Assembly: GCF_033153115.1 (NCBI RefSeq)
Contig: NW_026889761.1
Span: 24,800,001 to 24,864,000, forward strand
Length of the DNA: 64,000 bases
Direction: 5' to 3'
From: Saccostrea echinata
Taxonomy: Eukaryota
Shown: positions 1-12,034 of the stretch, piece after piece
How the letters are laid out: every line of letters starts with the position of its first letter
Numbering within the stretch: the first letter of the stretch is position 1
The notes under the pieces: generated by a model
The model's input: the letters and a program-made list of their open reading frames with translations, nothing else
The model's database searches: none
Told to the model about the DNA's origin: nothing
Made by a program: the position numbers and the translations under genes

Positions 1-1417
1 TTGTTACACGGCTTAACGAGGGCGCGCTCTGCGCGCCCGGGGCAACCGTGTAACAACCATATTGTTACTTATTAGTGTTTGATTGGTAAGAAATGTAATC
101 AGATAAAAGTTACACTCTTTTGAGATGCATACTCACTCTGTTCAAAACTTTAAGTAAAGAGTAAAGGTTTTGTTTCATGTACATTGCTGATATAGATGAT
201 TTGATTAATAGGCAGCTATGTTAAGGCTGTCCGAAAACTTAATATGCATTAGATATATACTATTTTATTTTGAGCTATGTTTTGATTTCAATTTGTAATC
301 TATGTATACATACACACTTAAGTTGTAAAGAGAGTTGAATAAGGTATTATAAAATATAGCATTTCCGTGATGTCACATGACTGTGTTGATCACGTGACGA
401 AAAGTGCTGGGGGCAAGTCTGAATTTTATTTCTTACGAAAATATTTCACGAGAAATTCAACTTACCCACATACAAAGGGTCATTTTCCTCTCTTCATCGC
501 AATTTATACAAAATAGGATAAATTACATACAATCCCCCAGCAAAATTCAGTTAGAGGACATATTTCTCTAGTATATTCACACAGAATATCTTCAATTAAT
601 CCTTATTATTCACTTGTGCCAGTCTAATATATACACGATTTATGAATTCTCACTCTGTCTCCAGACGCGTAAGGGGGAGCGTTTCACATTTTTTTTTTTG
701 TAATTTTTTGAAAACGTACATGTTAGACAAGAAAAAGGAATAACGATATTATACTGCAAATATTCACCATTATAACAGCCTTAAAACAAGAATCCAAACA
801 CATGAATTAAACATCAACGTAAAAAAATTCTACATGTGATGTGAAAGGAATGTAAAAGTTATGACACTTTCCCCGTCATGTCTGCTCAAATTTGCGGTGA
901 CTTGACGTCATATGTCATTATGACGTCATATCTAGGTAGTTCAGAGAAGTTACTGTGGCTGGTACACTGTGACATTCTTATGCTAGCCGCGTAACACACT
1001 TCAACGAAAACAACTTGAACACCAGGGGTGTACATATATTGCTACCTGGGACAAGTGGGCCTATGACATATTCTATCTTGGACTTGAATTTGAACCAGAT
1101 ACTTTCTATGAGAATGATTGTCTTAATGTTTACCTGAGGATAAATACACATTGATAGGTTCAATTATTAATCAATTAAAACTTTGCATTCGAAAAGACCA
1201 GTGCAGGCATCAGAGATATTCCAAGGGCAATTAAGTGTAAATTTGCGGTCATTAGAATGGAACCATGCGACAAATAAAATTCCTGTATGGTTTATCCGGA
1301 AGGCACTGCTGCACAGTTAGATTTAAGAATTAAAGTAGACTGAAAATAGGAGATAAATAGTTTGAATTGACATATATTTTACACATAAATTGTGTTTCTT
1401 TTAGGTGAATCCTAAAT

Positions 1418-2854
1418 ATGGGTGAGGAGTTTCTACAACATGCTTATAAATCAAAATGTGATTTTCAATTTGAAGTAAACAGAACAATTACTATGGATAT
1501 TGAAGCTGGGGTAAGGCAATCGATAGAATTGATTTTACAGCGTTTGAAAAAAAGTTCTGCATTTGAAGTGGCTGACATAATACCGACAGGAAGTTTTTAT
1601 GAGGGCACGAAAATAGGAGCGCCTGACGAGTTTGATTTTATGCTAACTTTAGCAAAGCTTTCTGGAGCCGACAAAATAGCTCTTCAGCCTGGTTGTTCTG
1701 ATTGGTATCCTTATATCAAATTACAACCTGGTATTGAATTTCCCCAGAGGTATAAAATTAATATTTTTTATGACAGTGAAGAACAAAGAAAAAATAAAGA
1801 CTTCCTGGGAAATCCTAGATTCGTGGTTACGGACTTTTGGAAGGAAATTGCAAATGAGGTCGATTGTATAAATGCTTCCCCTGTGAAAGTGAATATTCCT
1901 CTGACTTATGGAACCATGTCTTTTGAACCTTGTGAGGGCAAGAAACTTGAGCTTCACTACATACAAAACTCAACCTTACCAAAAAATGCTGACATTCAAA
2001 TAAAAGAGGAAATATTTCCAGTTGGGAGTTTAAGAATTGGAGTTGATCTCATGTTGGCAATTGAACATCCTTCCGTAGAATCAATACTGAAACTACCAGG
2101 GTTTCCAAAGACCTTTAAAGAGTTACTTTATAAACATGGATGTCATGTTATTCCAAAATCATGCCATACTGATCATATGGTCCATACAAAGTGTTGGTTT
2201 GTAACTTTTTCGTGCATGGAACGTGAGCTGATAAACAACATGAATGACCACCACAAGAAATGTTACAAGATTCTGAAGTCACTTATTAGCAGTGATATAA
2301 CCATGTCAAGAAAATGCATGAACTTGTCATCTTATACTCTGAAAACTGCATTCTTGTTTCATGTGTATGGAGAAAACGGATGTTTATATTCAAGAACAAT
2401 GTCGGCATGTATTTGCGAAATTTTAGACTATATGTCGTTAAATCTATATTATTCCAAGATGCCTTGCTTTTTTGCAAGGGATATGAACACTTGGGGAAAT
2501 ATTCTGGAAACTCCTTGGTTTCCATGGAGGGTGTCAGAAAGTTCCAAGGACTCCAGTTATGTATTTGCATTATGCTGGATAAAATTAATGTATCACTTTT
2601 TAACATATCTGAAGAATATATTCGTTAAAAAGGCACCACTTTTTGGCAAAGATTCGAAAATTTTATTTTCAAGATGCGACTATTTCAAAAAAGCAGTGGA
2701 GGTTCTGATGAAGCATTTTTCAAAAAACCGATTATTTTTTGAGATCGAAAAGGTTCCTGGTTCTTTAGAGAGTTGCACAGATACATTTTTCTCGATCTTC
2801 ATCCAGAAACTAAAACAGAGTTATAATGTAGACTTATCCTTTATTAATTATTGA
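1418..2854 (+). CDS. cGAS-like receptor (cGLR-A), Mab-21/cGAS-type nucleotidyltransferase, 478 aa, single coding exon
   Basis: PTGSFYEGTKIGAPDEFDFML matches the cGAS hGS...[DE]h[DE]h motif. The third acidic residue is in VDLMLAI. Downstream Mab-21 motifs are present: HVIPK, WFVTFSCMERELI, CYKILK, LSSYTLKTAF and PCFFARDMN. A splice acceptor (tttcttttag, AG 1403-1404) precedes the ATG. Confidence 0.93.
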   Translation: MGEEFLQHAYKSKCDFQFEVNRTITMDIEAGVRQSIELILQRLKKSSAFEVADIIPTGSFYEGTKIGAPDEFDFMLTLAKLSGADKIALQPGCSDWYPYIKLQPGIEFPQRYKINIFYDSEEQRKNKDFLGNPRFVVTDFWKEIANEVDCINASPVKVNIPLTYGTMSFEPCEGKKLELHYIQNSTLPKNADIQIKEEIFPVGSLRIGVDLMLAIEHPSVESILKLPGFPKTFKELLYKHGCHVIPKSCHTDHMVHTKCWFVTFSCMERELINNMNDHHKKCYKILKSLISSDITMSRKCMNLSSYTLKTAFLFHVYGENGCLYSRTMSACICEILDYMSLNLYYSKMPCFFARDMNTWGNILETPWFPWRVSESSKDSSYVFALCWIKLMYHFLTYLKNIFVKKAPLFGKDSKILFSRCDYFKKAVEVLMKHFSKNRLFFEIEKVPGSLESCTDTFFSIFIQKLKQSYNVDLSFINY

Positions 2855-3869
2855 AACATTGGATATTATGTGGTTTCAAAGTTCATTGTATGTAAAGATC
2901 CTCATATTTAAGGAGGAATAGGAAAAATGTTTCAAAATGTCGAGTTTTACCCAATCTTGATTCACAGGAGCCGGTTACATAAGATAATTTGATATCCCCA
3001 TATATACAAAGAAAAGTGAACCAATGTTGCCTCGATTTTTCACTGGGTTTATCTTAAAATCTCTAGGGGGTTTTAAGAAAGCAATACAATGAATTAAAGA
3101 GTAAAATCATTGTATAGTGACCTTTCTTTTGATAAAGAAAATATCACCTTTATCGATGAAGAGGAGTGTAAGTCCGGATTTCAACCTCAAGATCTATCTA
3201 AGACGTCGATGTACTTTAAATCATCTGCTAATAACACACGACAAAATTCACACCTTGTATCTCATTCTTTTTTAGCCTTGTAAATGTGAATTATCATGAT
3301 ATCCTTTCTCACAGAATTTTTTTCTCTAGTAATACTTCCCACTATGCGTCGTCTTTTTCCAAATGATAACATTATGGCAACATTTTCCGTACACTGTGTG
3401 GCTTTAGCCATTAACAGTCGGCTGTATGAGATACTACTATGTGAGATTATCTTGAAAATTTTGAAAAGCTTTTCCTTTTTTACAATCTGCGTTTAGTTGT
3501 TGGGTTGAAAATAGAGTACTCTCCAATAATTTAGCGGACGACTCTAAATACATAGATTAGAATGTCAAAATGTTGTGATTGTAAAACAGCACTAAAATAC
3601 TTCATACGTTGTTGTTGATAGATTTTTGTAAAAGAATATTTATCATTAAACGATTGTACTAATTTTTTTAAAAGATCGTAATATTTTGTTGAATAAACGG
3701 AATACTTTTAATATCAACCCTTTTTAATATTAGACTGATGTTGGTTCTCTTTATTCCTTTTTTATACATATGGAATGTTCTAAAGGATATCAAATAGATT
3801 AACAAGTAATTTTGATTTAAGGGAGATAATGGAGAAATCGCAAAAACAGATTATGATATTTTAGAATTC

Positions 3870-3954
3870 TCACTTCACCGGTATATGGTGATGTCTCTAT
3901 ATGAGTGAAAAATTCTCGAACGGGACGTAAATTAACATACAATCAATCAATCAA
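3870..3954 (+). mobile_element. 3' tail fragment of tRNA-derived SINE
   Basis: caccggtatatggtg...tatgagtgaaaaattctcgaacgggacgtaa plus a (caat)n tail. Matches the tails of the full SINEs at 16242 and 42356. Confidence 0.8.
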
Positions 3955-5035
3955 ACTCGAAAGTCCAATGAAATGATACACATTTGAAGCAGAGCAAACA
4001 CGGACCTCAGAATTTAAAAGTGGGATCAGGTGCCATGGAGGAGTGAGCATCCCCTGTCGATCGATCACTCCCGCCGTGTGTTCCTTGTCATAATCGAAAA
4101 AAAAACCCGGAAAATCCATAGACAGTTTAGTGTATAAATCATGGCCTAACAATTAGCATGAAAAACATCAGTCAGCATTTGACTTAATGATAGGTTGTAT
4201 GTACTGACAAGGTTATTGTAACGACCATAAAACTAACGAAATGATGACCTCAAACGAGAGTGTTGATATTCTTTTCTCATCATCTTGTTTGTCAATAGTT
4301 TGCCTCGTTTTAGAAATTGTTAAGACGTAGAGCATGCTCTTGCGTATCGAATCAACTGAGAGACATAAACCCCATATGTAAGTGATAAAGGTATATCGCT
4401 ACTTAAGTAAGGGAAGTTGACGATTGAAAAGTTGACGTCATCACGTTTATCATAAAGCTTTGTTGTTAGGTTACCATTAACGTCTTTTTCTAGTAAAATA
4501 TCTAAGTATGAAAGAGATGTGTTAGACTCTGTGGTATCTTTTTTATTTCAAGATCACTGGGATATATCGAGCCGACATATGAATGGAATGAAATATATGG
4601 AGAAAACGAACAGTATTCAAGCTCAAAAGTCCATTAAACGATACAAATTTTGGAGCAGAGAAAACACGGATCTCTTAAACATCAGAGGTGGGATCAGGTG
4701 CCATGGAAGTAAATATTGTTAATTGATAATACGTAGTTGATGTATCGAAATGTCGAGTTGAAGGCAACAGCAAGTGTTTTCTTCTTCTCATGTAAAAGTT
4801 TTTAAATAAATTCTGCTTTATATGAATACAAAAATAGATCAGCTAATAACGGGGCGCAATTGTTACTCATGGAAAATTCAATAGATTGTTGGAAGACCTG
4901 ATCTCCAAAAACTACAAAGAAATTGTAAATCAGAAACTCAAGCATCTTTTTAATATCAACTTTACAGTACAATCAGAATGCTTTTTAACAAAATAATTTT
5001 GCAAATGACCAATGGCAAGGTAAGTATATTTACGA
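3955..5035 (-). mobile_element. Penelope-like retroelement remnant (RT C-terminus and 3' end), with a nested copy of its own 3' end at ~4585-4708
   Basis: The minus strand encodes decayed RT motifs homologous to NCAPLLADL, FRYIDD and VNFPYLSSxIPLSxxYGxYVSQLIRYAR. Co-linear with the copies at 12035 and 49473. Confidence 0.8.
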
Positions 5036-5642
5036 GTTCCATTATTGTAAGGCCTATTACAACAATTAATTATAGAGGAACTTAAGATTCAAGTCTGTTA
5101 GTGGTGATCCAATTTATACCCATACTTTCCTTTCTAAATAATAATAACCTTTATTTACCCATGATTACACAATTGGCATATAGCTAGATTTCATTGTGGT
5201 CCTGCATTAAAACATATTTACAATATATATTAGCGTGTTAAAAATTAATATCTAAATATAAACAGACAAATATAAGAAGTACAAGCACATATAACTTGAC
5301 AGATATATAGTTACATAATTGGAACAATACATTCAAGGATTGACACACTAAATGAATTAAGGAAGAAGGAAGAGATTCCTCAAAATCATATGTCAGTTTT
5401 AAATATTTTTAAATTTCCCAACAACTAAATCAAATTCGAATTACTTTTCCTATACTGCTTTAGAAAACTTCATAAAAATCCTTACAAAGATCCATAGTGG
5501 GATCTATCAACTACCAAGCCTCTTTCTTTACTCCACAAAAACATTAACATCAGTAAAGGGGAAACTTCAGAAGTGTCGTGAAACAACACACATGTGTTCG
5601 GGAAATGGTGTTTATTAAATGTGGATATACTTAAAAACCTCA

Positions 5643-7198
5643 TGGGACCATCGTTGAAATAATGCTTGTTTGCCCTCTCCCGACTCAAGGTTAAAAAAAA
5701 TGGTTCGGTAGGTAGGTGGGGAAATTTTTTTTCCTAAAAATTTTCAGCATGCTTATTGACAGGATGAGAAAATCCTTGAATAAAAAGGGAAACAAATTAT
5801 TGTTTCCTGGGATGGGGTCAATTACTTTAAAAAGTAATTAATTAAATTACAATTACTTTGACTTTTTCAATTAAATTACAATTAAATTACAGGCTTTCTA
5901 AGACATGTAATTAATTAAATTACAATTACTTTGCAAAAGTAATTAATTAAATTACAAATTACATTTTTAATTTTTTGGAAAAATTTTATAATCCTTGTCA
6001 ATGAATATACAGAACATCATTTATTTGTATATAAGCTCAGCCTCTGCACAAACAGTACAAGAAATAATATGCTATAGGCATTGTGTATCATTCTGGTTTA
6101 ATTTATAACATTTATTTACAAAACAATAAGAATCTCTTAAAGAACTATCCGAGATCAGTTTGATGCAGTTTCCACCACACAAAACCTACATATACACAAA
6201 TTGCATGGCTTACGATATTTGATTGAAAGTGAGTATTTCAATAGAGTAAAATGAGTCACAACTGTAACCTCTCAAATTAAGTATTTCCTTTGAAGGTAAC
6301 CTGAACATCCTAAATTGCTATTTATGTTGAACAATTTTACTTCATAAATCAGAATTGTACAGATAGAAAATTCATTCATAAAAATCTGTTTAGATGTTAA
6401 AATAATTATCAAATAAAAAGTTTTTTTTTTTCTAAAGCTAGCGGAGCATTTTAAATTGAAATAATTATCTCCATTGGCTTTGTCATCTAAATCATGGAAT
6501 GAATATCTCTTTAGAGGAGTTGATTTGTTTTGATTGCAATTTAAAGCTGTGATCTGGAGGGCAATTATCTCTTCCCAACAAGAGAGAACTTTATTAATGA
6601 CACACACCTTCTTTTTCTTTATTATTGATCAAACAACGAAGATTGAAATATAATAAATGTGTGTTTCATGGCTGAATAGACCTAAGAAGGGTGGTTCAAA
6701 ATTCATATTTATAAACATAGATCAAAAAAATCAAAATTTACATAATGATTAGAAAGAAACTAGTTTATTATTATCAAGCCAATCATTTAATTATTTTTTT
6801 GTAAGCATTAACCTAAGATTTTGTATAATTGAAGGATTGAGGATATGTTTATCAATAAAATAAGAACCAGTAAAATTGGGAGGTAGTGGTGACGATATAT
6901 CATGAATATATCATGAATGTGTATTATATAAAGTAATTGAATGTAATTGAAAAAGTAATTGAAATTACATGGTATTTTTTCAGTATAATTAATTAAATTA
7001 CAATTACAAGTAATTGAAAAAATGTTCAATTACAAATTACTTCCAATAACTTCAAAAAATGTAATTAATTACAGTCAATTACAATTACTTTTTTCAATTA
7101 CCCCATCCCTGCCTGGAGGATTAAAAAGTTTTGAATCGGACCATTCTAGGCAGTTGGTCAGTAGAGGGCAAACAAACAATTTTTTTAAAGATCACCTG
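5643..7198. mobile_element. Non-autonomous TIR element (outer), interrupted by the 5807-7111 element
   Basis: The left end gggaccatcgttgaaataatgcttgtttgccctctcccgac is an imperfect inverted match to gtcagtagagggcaaacaaacaatttttttaaagatcacct (7157-7198). Confidence 0.6.
5807..7111. mobile_element. hAT-like MITE with subterminal (gtaatt/aattac) repeat arrays
   Basis: Termini ctgggatggggtcaatta ... aattaccccatccctg, with mirrored AATTAC arrays at both ends. No clean TSD. Confidence 0.75.
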
Positions 7199-7475
7199 GC
7201 CAAAAGACTTTTGGAAAATTTCAAATCACAAAATTTTGCCAAAATCAATGATATTAAAACTTAAGAAATTTTAAGACTTGATACAAACATTTCCGACTTT
7301 TTGACATCATAAACAACTGCTTTCTTCAATTAGAATGGAACTCAGAAAATTTCTTATCTTGTCATTGGTCATCAATACAAAATTGCTTTGTGGCTTGCGG
7401 TGTGCGGTGACCTTTTATAAATTTTCTAGATAAAAAGGTAAAATAAACACTTATGTGGAAAATCACTTCGAAAAA

Positions 7476-8388
7476 TTATGCAGTTTGAAAAAAATTCAAA
7501 GTGTATTGAAATTGGGACAAAATCAACTCACTTTGAATTATTTTTCAATTTTTTTTACTTTCAAAGTGCGTTAAGAGTGTACATCAACATTTTTTACCAT
7601 GGATACACTTAACACACTTTGAAAAAAAATATGTATAAAACAAAAATTCTGTACTAAGATTTTACTAATAGACAGCATTATTTTGTTACATTTCTTTCGG
7701 AAAACTGATGAATTGATCTCCCCTCGTCGAGAACGAGGAGAGGACAGGTAGAAGGTCCCTCGGCCCAACTCTTTATATTTCCTAGCAAAATATATGTATT
7801 TACATAACTGATATAGCATTTATATACTTTCTCTCAATAAATTTTAGTTACCGTAAAATAGATGAAAAAATTGAGATAAGATTTCCTAAAATAAATGATA
7901 ATAACGCACCCTATGATATTACTAATTAAGAAGAAAGGCTCAGGGGCCATATTGCTGATCTAAGCACCAATAGCCAACTATACTTTAGCCAAAGTATCTT
8001 TACAAAATCAAACACAATAAAATCAAGAAAAACGTATAAAATGCATAAATAATTTTTTCATACCTCTTTATACTAATCAAATAACTGCTTAAAGAGGGGG
8101 CATCATATTGTGCGGGGATAAAATCTTTAAAACGTCTATATCTAAGATCCTGAAGTGATGTCATCACCTAAAAGTTATCCAACCAAGTTCAAATAATTAT
8201 TTATCATGCCTAAATTTTGCAAAAATATTGACCAAGCAGTGCACTTTTTTTTTCAAAGTGCATTTATATGGTCGATATTAATGCACTTTGAAAAGAAATA
8301 TATTTTTTCGAAGTGCGTTAACTTGGTCCCAAATTTAACGCATATTGATTTTTTTTCAAAGTGCGTTAATTTTCAAACTGTGTTGTAA
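7476..8388. mobile_element. Degenerate inverted-repeat (MITE-like) element
   Basis: The left end ttatgcagtttgaaaa...aaattgggac...cactttgaa mirrors the right end ttcgaagtgcgttaacttggtcccaaattt...ttttcaaactgtgttgtaa. Confidence 0.55.
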
Positions 8389-8639
8389 CATCCCTTGCGT
8401 TAGCTAGGTAAAATCTGTTGCCCAGTGCTTACCAAGGGGAGGTGGAAGTAGGGTTTTTAGCAGGGTATATGTCTCGTAGAACACTGGACAAGAACATTGA
8501 TTTAAAAGCATTAGCACTGGATAAAACGAAGATAAAAAAAAAAAACAACCGCTGGTCTAGATTAAAAGGTCACAAAATAACAAATATGCATGCTTTCACA
8601 TTTTGTGCTCCATACATGTATTACATGTTCATGTATAAA

Positions 8640-9190
8640 ACGAGGGTTAATCCAAAAGTATTGTCACAACTGCCATGAAATCTTTAATAATCGAATAGTA
8701 TCAACAAATTTTTGCATATTGATTTCACTACCTATTTTACTTTTTGCTTTAAAAGATCATTCAGATATTTGCAGTACTTCTTAAAATACATGTATTAAAA
8801 TAAATACAACGTTGGGTCTTGTCTATCGCCGCACGACAAGAATATTACCGACGTCGTTATGACGTTACCTTTCGGCACATATTTTCAGTTCATCCGCATA
8901 TTTTAGTAAATATCTGACATGGTTCTTTTTAATAATTTAACTGCAATTTTGCTATATATCGTCCTGTTTTAAGTTTTATTAAAATTATTTGAGCTTTGTC
9001 TTAATGGTTTTTTTTTTCAATCATTCTTTTTGCGTAGATCTTAGTTGCAGATGAACTGAAAATGAGAAACACTGCAATGACGTTGATAACATCGTTGCCG
9101 TGCGGGATAGACGAGACCCAACGTTGTGTTTATTTAATAAAATTTTAAAAAGTACTGCATATATCTAAACGAAATTTTAAGGCGGAATCA
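8640..9190. mobile_element. Mariner-like MITE remnant with long internal inverted arms
   Basis: Begins acgagggttaatccaaaag (mariner-type CGAGGG end). 8765-8900 is the inverted match of 9045-9165 (caacgttgggtcttgtctatc / gatagacgagacccaacgttg). Confidence 0.6.
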
Positions 9191-9904
9191 GATTGTTCTG
9201 TTTATAGCAAGGGAAACGTTTAGAAATCACAGTGAAAATTAATTCAACAAAAACAATGGTCTCTTTTATTATTTTTTTTTTAAACTTCCATCTTCTAAAG
9301 TCTGGGAAAAATTTTAACGAACAGAAAAATCTAACGTTATTTAATTTTAACTATTAAATCTAAATTTACATAACAAAGAAATGACAAATAATATGTTAAA
9401 TCATTATCGTATCAAGCATAGTCAATCGAAGTACATGTAATATCGGAGAAACAACTGTTTTAAACTTTCTAAATTCTCCGAACAAATTTGCCAGACACGC
9501 ATTCTGATGATTTTACGTGAGTCATGATGTGGTTGACAGATAGTTATAGTTTACATGTACATGCCGAAATGAATGGTCGAAAACATAAATTTTGAACGTC
9601 ATGAAATATATTTACGTTTGATTTGATATTGATATTAATCATCCCCCCAAAATAACAGAATGGTTATCATACTAAAGTGTATGTGAATTATTAAAGGATT
9701 TGAAATTTTCATTCTTCTTATCACTGTATGAATGAAGTAAAATCAACATATGAGTCCTCGAGTTTTTTTTTTTTTTTTTAATCGGAAAGGCAGGTGAGTA
9801 ACCGGTAACTTAAAATTGATCGATTTGACAATTCTTATGAAAAAGTATCGCAAAATTTGACGCAATTATAATGTATTTAGTGATAGTTATTTTGAATGCA
9901 TCTC

Positions 9905-11562
9905 CTAATCCATGTATTTGATTTTCTTCACTTTACCACCATACTCAGCAACAAATAGATTGTCTGTTATATCCACACACAAACCCCACGGAAAGTAGAG
10001 ATCACAGTTATCAATGTAATTGAGAAACTGTCCGTCTTGATCAAGGATGTGGATACAGTGGTCGTTACCGTCCGCTATCAGAATCTGAGCTTGGCTGTCT
10101 GTAGTTATCCCCATTGGATTAAATGTTTCTTTGCTAGTAGAGGATTGACCAGTGTATCTAAATCGGAGTTTCCCTGCCTGATTGACCACAACTACGGCTT
10201 TGGATCCATAGTCAGACACACAGATGTCCAGGTTCCTGTTTTCACATATGTATTTAAGTTCACTATATGAATACAATCTCTTACCTTGATCATCAGACAT
10301 AATGCTTTGTTTCTCTGAGAATTCAGAGTAGCAGACGACTTTTGATTGTATATCACTGTTCATGGTAACCAGGAGGTCATCGGAAGATGTATTACAGATA
10401 TACAAAGGTCTCCAGGCCTTTAATCTGATCACTTCCTGTATCTGGTCATTCTTCACTATGTTTATAGTTCTTGCTTCAGGGTCAGTATAAACTATATCTC
10501 CATTCCTCATCACTGCAGCGCCACATGGTGTGTTCCCTGACTTTGTTTGGATTGACTTCAGTAATGTCCCCTGCAGGTTGTACAATTTCATGATTTTGTT
10601 ATTCCCGCTTACAAGAAGATCTACATCGCTAAGACATGTAACATTGTACAGTTTATTATACTCGGTTTTTATGGTAGTGATAAGTTTTGGTACATCAAGC
10701 AGTTGTTGAAATGGAGGAGAAGACATAGATCCGAGGGTCTTCATTGTGTAGCCATGTTCTTCTGTTGTGATAGATAATGGTGGCAAAGAACCAAATAACT
10801 TTGAAAACTGTCCTTGATTGTTTTGTGGGATAAAATTTGGAAGCTTAAAATTCAACTTGGGAGGCAATTTGATAAATTCATCTGATCTGATCTCATAAGA
10901 CAATGATTTTAAAACTTCTTTTGATTGTAAAATTTCTTCTACTTCAGATAAAGATTGTCTGAGACCAGAGATCAGTTTTCTACTGACCTTAAGATGTTTT
11001 TTTGAGAGCATGTCTATGTTTGTTTTTCATCTCCTGAATTTCATCCTTTGTTTTCTTGATGACAATGTCAATTTCCTTGTGCCATTCTTCTCCATGTTTT
11101 GTAACATCTGATGTAAGTTTTCCATATTTTTCGTCTAAGCCCACTAAATAAGATTTTGAATCAGAAACAATTTCTTCAAATGTTGGGATAACTGTTTCTT
11201 GTAACCTTTTTTTTTCTTATTTTCAATGCTTTCTTTTTTTGACTTTCACTAAGTCTTGTTACAATGTAAAATGATGCCTCTTATGTATGTTGGAAGTAAC
11301 ACATTTTGGACATACTGGAGTGTTACAGTCTTCACATTGTGCTTCACAGTACTCTCTAGAATGCAATTGACAGCGAGGGTACACAAACATAGATTTTCTC
11401 ATATTTAGGGGTATGACATCATGTTTTTCAGAAAAATCAGAAATGTGATCTCCAACGCGTCCTTTACACAGATTAATTGGACAAACTACAGTACATTTGG
11501 GCCACTTTATCCTCACAGAGATTACATCGGAGGATGTCTTGGGCTTTCGTTTGGAAATCCAT
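9905..11562 (-). pseudogene. B-box/coiled-coil/NHL-type beta-propeller (TRIM-like) paralog of 17092-18753, disrupted in its N-terminal third
   Basis: ATG at 11562 (MDFQTKAQDILRCNLCE). Lesions: 2-bp deletion ~11485, TAA at 11259-11261, and homopolymer indels at ~11234-11240, ~11207-11215 and ~10997-11003. The C-terminal 368 aa is open and closely similar to the intact paralog. Confidence 0.88.
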
Positions 11563-12034
11563 TTTTATTATCCTCTTATCTGTAGAACAATAAAATTAAT
11601 TTGGTGAACATTAATCATGGTTTTAATATGGGATGCTGAAAAGAAAATGCATAAAAAAGGCGCAATGCCGACCTGCTAAGTTGTGGCCAGTATCACATTG
11701 AATAATTCCGTTTCTGTCAATCTCATATTACTTGGAATTGTCCTTGAGTTATTATTTATTAGTCAGGTAGGACTCATAATTTCCAAAAATGCTAACATAA
11801 CATCATCTCCAAGTATAGGTCAGATGTAGCATCTGACGCTTGACAGGTTGTTTAATCCTTGAATGCATCATACTTGCAAGTTTCGTAAATCATTAAGGAA
11901 TAAACTTGCACATAAAGCTTCAACCTGGCAACTAATATAAAAATATGCTGAATACAGCTTGCAGAGGATTATTTGAATTATGCATTCCTAAATGCACCAA
12001 CCTTGCAGGATGTGTCTGGATTTATTCACTTGGA

